64,000 nucleotides of DNA, from the NCBI GenBank assembly GCA_032718475.1, contig JAUCBJ010007264.1, forward strand, positions 31,183 to 95,182, read 5' to 3'. The translations under genes and the position numbers were made by a program. Shown piece by piece: positions 50,101 to 61,700 of this stretch. The number at the start of each line of letters is the position of its first letter. The first letter of the stretch is position 1. The DNA is from Nemertoderma westbladi. Taxonomy: Eukaryota > Animalia > Xenacoelomorpha. A model generated the notes under the pieces. That model had not been told where the DNA came from. It searched no databases and worked only from the letters and a program-made list of their open reading frames with translations.

Positions 50101-53100
50101 AATCACCTCTTTAGAGAAGGCTTCTCGGTTGTCATCCGCAGTGGTGCGCACCACTGAACAGGCGTTTGAAGGGCTTGAGATTATCCCAAAAGCCTGGATG
50201 GTCATCCAGTACTCCACCGGTTTCTGGTTGAGGTCTCCTTCAGGCCACCACAGAAATCGTAGGCTATCTCGATCCCTATCCAGCGCCTTGACTTGTAAGA
50301 ACATGCCTTCTATATCTGAGGCGAAAGCAATTGAATATTGTCTTAATCTTAAGAGTATTCCCAACAAGGATTGGAGTAAGTTGGGTCCGGGTAACAATTC
50401 GGAATTAAGGGATTGGCCCATATAGAGGGCGGAGCCGTCAAACACCACTCGTACCTCATGGGGTTTACCGGGTTTGGGAACGTAATGGTGAGTTAAATAA
50501 TACGTTCTCTCAGTTATAGGTGTTTCTTCCGGCACTCGCTCTGCATATCCCTTGCTAATAAATTTCCTCAACTGCGTTTGATACATTTCTTTAGCTGAAG
50601 AATTTGCCGTAAGGCGTCGATGTAGTTGAGCAATTCTTTTCTCCGCCAAGGGTCTGTTGTTTATGAACTTTGGTTCTCGCTTTCGGAAAGGTAGACCGAT
50701 TTCATATCTACCTTGATCTTTAAGAAAACGTGTAGTTGTCTCTTGGATCTGCTTGGCTCTTTCTTCTTCTACCGATAGGGCCTTATCGTAGGAATTGGGC
50801 TCTACAGCCTCTTGAGTAAAGAATCGTACGGCGTGTTCATCCCGAGTCTTGGCATTATAACGTTCAATGACGTCATTAAGTTCGTCGTTATAGTCGTCTC
50901 ATTCTGATGGAAGAAGGAGCTGACATAAGTTCACTTGGTTTTGCCAAGTCTCGTTTTCCTTAAGGAGATCAATGGTATTCTCCTCATCGAAAAGCTGGTG
51001 GACATCGTCATTATCTGAGGAGTATGGTGTTCCCTCAGTTGGATCGTCTAACTCACTGCTCTCGACTTCCCATTCTCTTACCTGATATACCTGGTCTTTC
51101 GGTAATCTTTCCATGAGAGTTCTACGGGAAGGGCCAGTAAATTACCAACCCACTCTAGTTCTTCCTGCATAAGCTTGTAGTGGTTGCGGTTGAGCAGGCT
51201 GTTTCTCCAATGTCTCGAGCGCTTCATGCGCGTTTTAACCGATGAGTATTTGCACTCCAGGGTAATCGGTGTTGAATCTAGGTATTTCAAGCTGCTGGGT
51301 GAAATCGTCCTCATCCCAGTTATAAGGTTCCACTTGGGTGGTAGCGAAGTTCTTTATCGCCACCATTTTTACTGACCTTATACTATGTTCTCCTAGTTCA
51401 TCCTGGGGGGTGGACAACGCACCTACATAATAATCCGCTATTACTGTAGATTTCCAAACCTGCATAATTCCTGACATGTTTAGCTTAGTTCGGAACTTGG
51501 GTTGTCCAGCAAAGATGTCTTCGGCTAGTTCTTTGTCGATGAATGTTCCTGTACTACTGGAGTCAAGGAGGGCGTTCACTACATAACTCCTTTTAGGTCC
51601 GTGGACCCTTAACTGTACTACAGGAAATTCTCGGATTCCTACATTGGAAGGTGGCGCTTTCCAAGATGGTTGTCGATCAGAAGTAGTTAGGGTGAGGTCG
51701 CTGTCTGTGTCTTTTTCATACGTAAGTGCTCGATACACTGCAGTATTTATCATGTAACAGGATTCATCTTCGTCGGAAAATTCATCTGTATAGAATCCTT
51801 CCATCTCAGAGCTTTGGTCAGTGTCGTTCACATCACTGAATTGGACATGTAGTTCGGAATCACTTACCTGACTCGGGCTGTTTCGTTCGAATTCAGTGTG
51901 CAACAAGATATGATGTTTCGCACCGCACTTTGCACACCTTGTGTCAGAGTAACAGGTTCGCCGTTGGTGTCCTTGTCTGAGGCAATTATAACACAACCGC
52001 TTATCCCACATGACTTCCCGTTTCTCCGTTAATGATTTCTTCAGGAATTCATCACACATATTCAAACGGTGGGTCCCGTCACATAGCACACATTTCGGTT
52101 TGATGTTACTTACCTTATTTTGAATAACATTGTGCACACTCGTTCTTTCTTCGGGCTTTCTCACCTGAATTCTCTTAGGAGACGTAGGAGGAGTTTTTCT
52201 TACCTGTTCTCTCCTGTCATTGGTTCGAGACTTGAATTTACTTACCTGTTCTTTAGGCGTTTTATTGACATAATAAGATCTTTCAGTGTCTTTCCCGCTA
52301 TCCTCTCCTTGAGAAGTCTGGCTTTCGCCGTCGTCGGTATAACACACTGGTGTTACTTTTCTCCTAGAAACGGGTTTCTCACTTACCTTGTTTTCCGGTG
52401 TCTTCTCTCTGGACTGCCTTAGGAGCTGTAATTTCACTTCTCCATCTAAGAATGACATGAGATCAGCCATGGTAGGGTCTCGTCGTTGTTGTTCCATCAT
52501 ATATAACACTTTCTTATCCCAGCGTGTACCTACTCCACCCCTTCGGTAAAGTAGAAGCCACGGCTCCAATAACCATAGAACTCTGATATTCATGAGACTT
52601 ACCTAACCAATCTAATTGTCTACAGATCTCTTGAATCTCATCGGAAAACTCTATTATCCCGCTGCTAATGAACTTTCGGGGCGCTACTAATTTTGCATAC
52701 AAATATTTAGCTATGTTATTCCTATTACCATACCTGATGTTTAGTGTATCCCAAACTTGTCTTAATCCATCTGGATGTCCAATAAACTTTAACGCCATTA
52801 ACTTGGGAGATCCTTCCAAGCACTCGATGAGGAATCTAAGTTTCTCTCCATTAGATAGCACAGAGTTCTGTATGTTATCTTTGTAATATTCATTAAAAGG
52901 TAACCATTTCATCTCATCTCCATTGAACTTGACGATCTCTCCCACCTTTACCGCTTGACGGGCTTCGGTTCTAGCCATTTGACGCGTAAAACTTTCTTGG
53001 GCCATCGTGTTATTTAATATCGAGTTATCGGTATATAAATTTCTCGGATTATTATCAAGTCTATATGGGATATCATTGTCAACAGGTTTATAATTACCCT

Positions 53101-55357
53101 TAATAGGGTTTACTAAAGGAGTTTCCACTTCGCTAGCAGTATAGATGCGTGTAGGCTCCACACCTTGCGCATGAAACACTTCAGACCTAACAGGTTGACA
53201 CATTGTTACAGGGGGTGGTGGTATACCCTTTTGTGTATTTACTAATTTATCGCTTTCTAACGCGATACTTTGCTGCACTTCTTGCAACTCTAACCTACTT
53301 TCCCTTACTGTGCCCTTGAACTGCTTAACAGTCTCCTGCATCTGCCCGAGCAGGAGATCCATCCCCCGCCGTCTCTCATCTACCCACTCGACCGCCGAAG
53401 CGGGAGCCGCCAACGTTGTAGCGGGCGGACGAGGGACAACGGGCGACAAATCATTAATATTTCGCTCGGAGTCCAGGACATGAACTGTCTCATGGGCTGT
53501 TCTGCTGGGCACAGGTAGCTTGGTGCTGTGCAGAGGGAATTTAGAGATAGGTTCAGGGAGTACAGGTGTCTCTATCACCGAGGGGGTGGCTTCGAGAACA
53601 GGCCTAATTATTTCAGGCTCATCTACTATAGTAGGGAGTCTTTCTATTTTAATTATTTGGTCTGTGGGTTCTGTACTACCTAAGCCTGTGTTAGTTAGTT
53701 GCCTTCTAACAGCTGGGGGCAAATCAGGCAATTTCTGACGGTGGGACATTCTTCTACGTCTGCTGAGACGAGATCTATTTCCTCCACCTTCAGTATCGGT
53801 GGTATTGCCTTCCTCAGATGATGTATATCCCTGTCTTTTGGGAGTAGATCGATTCATCATCTGCATATGACTAGCTGTTAACTGTTTATTTATGCAGTCT
53901 TGATTCTCTTGAATATTTTCCAACTCCAGTTGGGTGGTCTCTTCAGATGCTCTTCTTTCAGCTTCTGCCACTGCCGCTGCCACTACCGCCTTTCTTTCCG
54001 CTTCGGCCGCTGTCACTGCCGCCTTTCTTTCCACTTCGGCCGCTGCCACTGCCGCCTTTCTTTCCACTTCTACCGCCTTTCTTTCCGCTTCTACCTCTGC
54101 CGCTGCTGCTGCCGCTGCCGCTTTTCTTTTCGCTTCTGCCGCTACTACTGCTGCTGCCACTGCCGCTGTCTTTCTGTCTTCTATACGTTTTTTCTTTACT
54201 TGTTCTTCTTGGACCCTAGTGATGCGGAGGCGTTCATCAAATGTAGCTTGGTTCGCAGCTATCCTATCCGCATCTATTGCGTCCAACACAAGCTTGGCTC
54301 CTTCACTATTAGGGCTAAGTCCATCTAGCCTTCTCCTCAACTCTTCATCTCCTACAAAACGTTGACAGTCCGTCAGATAGATGTCAATGGCATCCCTCTT
54401 ATGCGGTTTCTCTGCCGTCACTTCACTTTCCAGTTGGGAAAATGTAGCGTCTGTTGATTCTCCATGGGTTGAGCGCTCATCTAGCTGAGCTTTCCACTGA
54501 GCCGTTCCTTGAACCTGGAGACTCACCCGTTGAAACCAAGTCTTTACGGCAACTTGCAACGACGTGTCTTGTCTTCTTTTAGAAGCCTCCTCAAAGGCCG
54601 ATAAGATTAGCCTGATTCGTAGAATTATTTCTCTAACTTGATAAAGCAGCTGTCCCTGCTCTTGAGGTCCTTGGGGTTGTTGAAACAGTTGTTCTTTTAA
54701 TCGCTCCATAGAGCTGAAGAATCCCTGTATGTATCCTGCTGCTGACCTCTTCCACACAGCTGGATCGATGGTTTCTTTTGTTACTCCCATCCTGTGTATG
54801 TCTTCCCAGGCAGCTTCCAATAAGTCAAACGGGAGTCCGGGTCCGGGGAAGTTCCATTGCGACTTGACAATAGACTTCAGTTCTTCCCTTGTGTATCCCG
54901 CATAACTATCCTTGGTCGACCGCTTACTTCTCGCCCAATCAATCTGGTGTTCTTCCACCGCGATCAATACTCTAGTGAGTACGGCTGCAGGAAGGATGAG
55001 AAGGGGATCCGAATAAACCGCATCCGTCATCTTTGCTCCGCGCTCGGGTGTCAGCTCTACAGTATCCTCACTACTGGAGCTGTCGGGCCGTTGAGAAATA
55101 AGTTCTCGGCTCGCGGGTGGTTGCTGTTCCGCTACTTCTTGGTCCCGCTTGACCTGAGCTCTAGTGCCTATGACAGACCTACGATGTTGGACTAGCCTAG
55201 GGTCTGATATTACTACGGGAGGGATGATCTTTCTTACAGTAGGAGGTGAGTTAAACTTCGGTCCTACACGTTCCACACTCCTGTCTGGGTCACAGATGGT
55301 TGTATCTAAGAGACTGTCTGACAGGTTTTGCTTTGTGTCAGACATATTTGTTTGCAC
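47194..55357 (-). pseudogene. gag-pol: Element C gag-pol (Gag, protease, RT, RNase H, integrase); one frameshift (~52540) and four in-frame stops (51235, ~51140, 50899, 48868)
   Basis: FNGDEMKWLPF Gag core; Pao triple knuckle CVLC/CYNC/CAKC..HHILLH; ALLDSSS; RVVFDGS; SDIEGMFLQV; YMDD; VFGDAS; GVDLFGP; GGSWERL. Confidence 0.95.
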
Positions 55358-55479
55358 AGTTGAATGCCTACTGCTATATTACAGTTAAAGCAAATCTAGT
55401 AATTCAGTATCACGGTTAGCCTAGTAATTGATTACCGATACTGCTACTCAGTGTAGCGTGATATATATATAATATATTA

Positions 55480-55860
55480 GAATACCGGTATGCTTATAGT
55501 ATATATATAAGTATTATTACAGACTAGGTTTGTCACAGAATACCGGTATATAATTCCAGCACAAATATATATAAATATATAATAGGCCTATCGTGGATAC
55601 CGGTGTGCAGTTTACACTTATAGTATATATAAGTATAATTATTAACTAGAATTAATTACAGAATACCGGTATAATTTCAGCCTAAATTTATAAATATATA
55701 ATAGGCCTATCGTGAATACCGGTTTACAGCTTACACTTATAATGTATATATATAAGTATAATTACAGACTAGAATTAATTACAGAATACCGGTATAATTT
55801 CAGCCTAAAATTTATAGAAATAAATATAATAAACCTATGGTAAATACCGGTATGTCAATT
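55480..55860 (-). repeat. About three tandem ~125-bp AT-rich units with TACCGGTA palindromes in the C leader
   Basis: Repeated ACAGAATACCGGTAT..CAGC..ATAGGCCTATCGTG; a single unit in element E (~21760-21900). Confidence 0.7.
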
Positions 55861-56807
55861 ATTTTAAATAATTGAATTTCTGAATTTTTAGGGGTTACTT
55901 GGTTACTTTACTTACTTTATTACCGTTATTTGAGCAGTAGTCCAACTGATATTTAGACCTAATTGATGTATGGCAGGCCTACTATTTATAAATCGTTTGA
56001 GTTGATTTATAATATATATACCCGTTAAAATGGGTTTTTGTCAATATTTGAAATAAATGTTATTATTTCTGGGGGGAGTCACTACACAGAAGCTGTGCGC
56101 TCTCAGTGAAGTGCTACTTGTTGGACACTAAAACAAATAATTCTAATTTACCTAAGTTACTTAATACTACAAATTACATACAATTCGGGTGAGATTACAA
56201 TCTCTAAATAAACACAAAAATTACAAGTACGAATTTTTAGGGTAATTTTACAAGAAGTCTACAAACCAGCCTAACAAAGGGTTAGAATATCTGGTTATTA
56301 CAAGGACAGGGTACTACGGTATTTGAAAATAATAAGTAGTAGTAAATATACTGCATTGTCCAGATAGGAAAATACCACCGTCTGACGACTTATAGCCGTA
56401 TCGCTATAAGTACTACGTTATGTATCACGGAGTGTTCCTACCTAGAAGTTAATTACCGCGGTCTACCAGAACCAACGTGCCTATTAACCACTTTACAACA
56501 CAAATATACTGCCTACACACTAATCACCTTCGGAAAGTACTGTACACTAAACCCTAAATGAGGTACAAGTACTTATACAACAAATAATCAGTAGTTAAAA
56601 ATACTTGAACAGCTAAAAGAACCACGGTATCTGCTGGAGTGACCGGGGCACAAAATCACCAGTCTTTACCTACGCCAAGCAGCCCTGATGTAGTACCGGG
56701 GTTAGTTTAACTATAACGGTATATATAACAAGCACAATTACTGTAGGAATAAACTTGGGGATATGAAGGTTGCGAATAATCGCATAAACTCTGAATAATA
56801 AATATTA

Positions 56808-58242
56808 GGGGCAACACTAGTTGGAGAGTAGCACACAATCAGAACCACCTTAGGAAACTTCTTAGCCAGTCTTCCAGAACATGAGAAGTGGCAACAGATG
56901 ATGCGGTTAGAGATTTGGTCTATTTTGTCCAATGCTGCATTTGCAGTTGGATTCATCAATAGACCAATTCCACCATTGCCACTATCATCTGCTGACGCGA
57001 GGGCGAGTCGCCAACCGCCCCCATGTCCTTAATCAGAACCTCATCAGTCTGTCCAGTCTGCATTCGGTGCTCTTGAACACCCACTGCGCTAAGAGAAAGC
57101 TTATCTGCCAAGGCAGTCATCTCACCTTGTCGCAATGGGGACCCGAGTGTTAGGGTGTTTACTGAGGCTAGTCTTGTGACTTGCCTCAGATTCACCAATG
57201 GTTTTGTTGGTCGGGGTGGAATATAAGAGTAGCCTCCAACTCCAAAATCCCTCTCCCCATCACAATCTGGCCTTCCTGGTGACCCAGGGTTTGGGCCAGA
57301 AAGGTCATCAGGAAAGGGACTCAAATAATTGTTGGCTGCTCTCTCTCCAGTAGGGGGTGAGACAGGCAGCCGGTCAGGAGTTAACTGATGCCTGTGAGGC
57401 CGATTGTGTCTGGTAATTCCACTGGCCTCTAGTGGCCGGACCTCCGCATTGCTAATGTAATCCATAGTGGGGGTTGGGGGGTGCTTTTTTGCCGAGTCAG
57501 CTCTCGGAGCAAATACCACACCCTGGTTTGCCATTCCACAGGGTGGGTGTCGCAATGGAGTCAGATATGAGGCCCATCACCCATATCTACTCTGGCGCAC
57601 ATGACCCACCATTGGCTGTTGCAGCTCATCTGCTGGGTCATGCCCTGTACCCTTGCTGCCAGGTGCAGGTCGCAGTGAAGTGCTCTCAGAGAGGACATGA
57701 GAACACTCTACTCCTGACCAGCCATTTGTAGATCACCATCTGCCTGGTCAGGCCATATACCTCTGCAGCCAAGTATATGGGTCCTTAATCCAGGACCAAG
57801 GGTGTCCTTATCCCAGAATGAAGGGGGTCCTAGTTACAGGACCAGATTTGCCCTAGTAAGAGGGTCTATGCAGCTACAGGTGGCACCTACTTTATGCTGC
57901 ATGGAGCACCTCCTTTATGCTGCATGGAGGTGGCAAGTTTTCTTGATCAATGACCTAGAATACCTGACCTGACCACCGGCTGCTCTGGGTCCAACATGGC
58001 AGGCAGACCCAACAATTTGTCCCACACACTCAATGGTCCCTCCTGATTCTCCTCCATTCTTGGCTGATTCGATACCATCTCGTGGTTTAGACACCCCAAC
58101 CATTTCAGCTGCAGATGCCTCAGATGGCTATTACATCACATCTGAAACTAGATTAGCATCCGACCTCGACTCAGCGACTCAAAATAGTTCATTTGTAGAT
58201 GTGACTACTCCACAGGGGCGGGGCTATCCCAAATCGCCTCTA
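56808..58242 (-). mobile_element. RTE LINE 5' part (5' UTR and start of the AP endonuclease), fused to the C leader
   Basis: LASVNTLTL..AVGVQEHR, GGIGLL, ISNRII, IVCYSPT; breaks off at 56808. Confidence 0.8.
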
Positions 58243-58511
58243 TGTCTCCGGATGTCCCAAATATACTGTATTTAGGATGATCAGCTGGGTGCTTTCAGTT
58301 GGTAGTTCAGTCAGGCAGTACGGCAGTAGAGTACACCGTGATTTAGTTTTTACTGTTTTAGTTTTGTGTTATCTGACATTTATGTATGTACGTTATCCTA
58401 TCATATACTGATATATATACGAACTGAGTAATATACTAGCAAGCAAGAAATACATGTTTTCTTTCGGTCTGTGATATTTTCGATGTCCGGGATTCCGAAA
58501 TATTCCGGACA
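58243..58511 (+). repeat. 5' LTR of element D (~270 bp)
   Basis: TGTCTCCGGA...TCCGGACA immediately before the PBS; start uncertain by ~10 bp. Confidence 0.7.
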
Positions 58512-58513
58512 TT

Positions 58514-58531
58514 TGGTGCGGTGACCCGGGA
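58514..58531 (+). promoter_or_regulatory. Primer-binding site of element D (tRNA-His/Phe-like)
   Basis: TGGTGCGGTGACCCGGGA, 2 nt after the LTR-terminal ACA. Confidence 0.8.
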
Positions 58532-58713
58532 CTCGCCCGGAAATTGTCGTCCTGACAACTTAATAACTCTTACCGGTAATACCGGTAGAGCCTAATCGTT
58601 TTACCGCAGCACTAGCAGTAGCAGACTTGTCTGCTAGTCCAGTAGTCAGCAATCACAAATCAGGCTTCCTATTGGGTCAACGGATCCCGATTTAACGGCA
58701 ACGTATTAGCGTG

Positions 58714-61700
58714 ATGGACATGGATGCTGACACCTTACGACACCTGAAAAATAAGCGACGAGGTCACAAGTCGGTAGCGTCTCGACTAATGACTCAACTC
58801 GATGGTTTAATCTATGTTGACGCAGCCACCAGGGAGTTTGTAACCGATCCGGATGTCGACACGATCCGGGATGTTATCGAGGCTCTTCGAGTTCAACAAT
58901 CGAAGTTGAACGATGTCAACGAGGAAATATATTCTCATATTGTCGAGGCTGACGTCATTGCTGCGGATATAGAAACGAATTCCAAGGACGATATGCGAAT
59001 TTCTTCCACAATACGACGTTGTGAGAAGTTCATACGAGTTAGAGAGGACAACAATCGTTTCAATTCTGGTGATTATCATGGTCAATTCGATGATATGGGC
59101 CAACCACAACATCCTCACAATCATAATACATCAGGTGCGTCCTCTACAAACCCTCATAAAACTCAGAAGCTTCCGGTATTAAAGCTTCCGGTTTTCAGTG
59201 GCAATCCAGTCGACTGGACTAACTTTTGGGATAGATTTAACGACGCCGTTCATAGCCGTTCTGATTTAGCTGGGGCGACGAAGTTTTCCTACCTAGAAGG
59301 GCAGCTCAGCGGAGATGCTGCCAGACTAGTCGACAACTTCCAAAGATCGAACGAAGATTACGAGGAAGCTGTCCAGTTACTACGCGAATCGTTCGGTAAA
59401 CCGCAATTAATTATGCGGTCGCGTTTACATCTACTTCTAGATTTGGAGTCCCCGGGTGCGTCATCTCGGGAACTTGCTGCGTTCCGAGCTATGTACGAGG
59501 CTCAGATACGTGGCATTAGGAATCTCGGTGGTAATGTGGAAGAGGCGGGATATGTATATTCTGAAATTTTGTTGAGGAAACTTCCCGCCAAAATCCGAGA
59601 TAACATTAATCGTGCGGCTCGAACTTCATATTGGACCCTTGACGAACTACGTAAAGCTCTTCAAGAGGAGATCGAGCAGTTAACTTCGCTAGAATCCCAG
59701 CCAACAATTTCTTCGAAGGGAAAGGGAGGTTGGGTCGACAAGAAGAGGTTTTCTCCGGAAGACGTCAGAGGCGGAACCGCCGGTTCGTTCTCCGTCTCAT
59801 CTCCATCATCGAAGACGTTCACTAATAGACCTATAGGGCCGATAAAATGCTTCCTGTGTAAGGGTGAGCATAGCGTTCGTTTCTGCGATATATATAAAAC
59901 GCCTGATAAGAAAGCACAGCGCGTCAATGAATTAAAGCTGTGTACCAACTGTTTAAAACCGGAACATTCGAACTTATCGAAGTGTTCGACTCAAAATTGT
60001 TTCGTTTGTAACAGTCGCCATCATACAGTGCTACACGGTTCCACGTTATTACAATCCCAAGCATCTAGCTCTAGAGACACAAACCGACAACCGACTGCAT
60101 CTAGTGGTTCAAAGGGAAGTGTTGCCTCCGTCTCCTTTTCTACTCTGGTTACCGATAACCATTCAATGCTACTATCGACTGCCGTAGTTCCGGTTATTAG
60201 CGATAATAATCGTCGTACCTATAAGTTGCGGGCGCTTTTCGATCAAGGCTCGCAACGTACTCTATTGCTCCGCCAAGCTGCTGAATCATTACATCTTCCT
60301 ATTGTGGAACGGATTTGGATCGGTATCGATGGGATTAATAGTGACGGATTGTGTCAATGGTACGATGTAGTTTCATTTAACGTTGAAACCTCAGATGGTT
60401 TCGTGGAAACAAACGCTATTTTAGTTGATAGATTGCCTCGTTTGTCGACTCCGGGCCGTTCCGCGATCGTCGATCGGTTTACATTACAAGGATTTAGTTT
60501 AGCGGATCCTTGCCGTGGGGATTCCATTTCCAACATTTGTTTACTTATTGGTAGTGATCAGTATTTCAATTTTGTTTACAATGATAATGTTATAAATGAC
60601 GTAAATGTATTACCATCCAATTTGGGTAATATCATAGTAGGAAATGTACATTCTGGTAAGATTTCTGATACACGTATACAAAATAACGTTATTTCTGTTA
60701 TGCACATTGGCATTAGTGTAAATCATAATTTTGAATATTGCAATGTTAAACCAAGTGAATTATGCCTCCAATGTAATGACGTTTCTGTATGTTTAGAACG
60801 TTTGTGGAGTTTAGATGAAATTGGTATTAATATGAATGCTACCAATTTTGATCACGAAACAGCTATTCTTGAATTTAATAATAGCATTGAATATAGTGAT
60901 GGTATGTACATTACAAGGTTGCCATGGTTACAAAACCACGCCCATTTATCACTAAACTACGGTTTATGTAGAAAACGGTTAGAATCTACATTAAATAAAT
61001 TACGTAGAAACCCAGACTTTCTAACTTGTTACAATAACTTAGTTAATGAGCAGTTAACTAGAAATTTCATTGAATTAGTTCCTGTTGATGATATTTTTGT
61101 ATCCAATGGAATCACTCGTAGCGGTAATCTGGTGCACTATATACCACACCACGGTGTAGAAAAACCGCAATCCGCCACTACTCCTTTACGTATAGTGTAT
61201 GATTGTTCTTCTGGTAGCGGTAAAAACAATGTCAGTTTAAATGATTGTTTGTTAACTGGTCCGCCTACAAATCAAATACTGTATGATTTATTGTTACGTT
61301 TTCGTATTCATAATTTCTGTGCTATTTCTGATATTGAAAAGGCTTATTTTCAAATAGGGTTAGCCGAAATAGACCGTGACGTCACTAGATTTCTTTGGCC
61401 TAAAGATCCATTTGATCTTAATAGTCCAATTTTGACTTATAGATTTAAAGTGGTTTTATTTGGTGCAAACTGTAGCCAATTTTTGTTGAACTCAACTATT
61501 CAACATCACCTTAAACAGTGTAATGCTCCTATTGCAAAAATAATTTTGCAAAATATGTATGTAGACAATTTACAGGATACAGAGGTATCCGAAGATCGAC
61601 TTATTGATTTTTACATTCAAAGTCGCGCTATTTTAAGGGAAGGTGGGTTTCCTTTGCGACAATGGTTCACAAATTCACCGAAATTGAGTAACATTATTAG

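Larger units (their letters stand above)
40053..56807 (-). mobile_element. Giant Bel/Pao LTR retrotransposon C (>16.7 kb; 5' LTR lost) with exonuclease/knuckle ORF2
   Basis: Leader, gag-pol, 1.6-kb spacer, ORF2 and 3' LTR; inserted into an RTE sequence that is uninterrupted in duplication copy 1. Confidence 0.92.

Noticed and set aside
47194-52593. Alternative genetic code (TAA=Gln or TGA sense) explaining the in-frame stops
   Set aside because: TAA, TAG and TGA end conserved proteins at expected positions (pol B, RPAIN, peptide genes), and D has ~1520 codons with no stop.
53900-54365. Plus-strand Ala-rich antifreeze-like, Cys-rich and Pro/Leu-rich ORFs
   Set aside because: Antisense shadows of the Gag AERKAA repeat.
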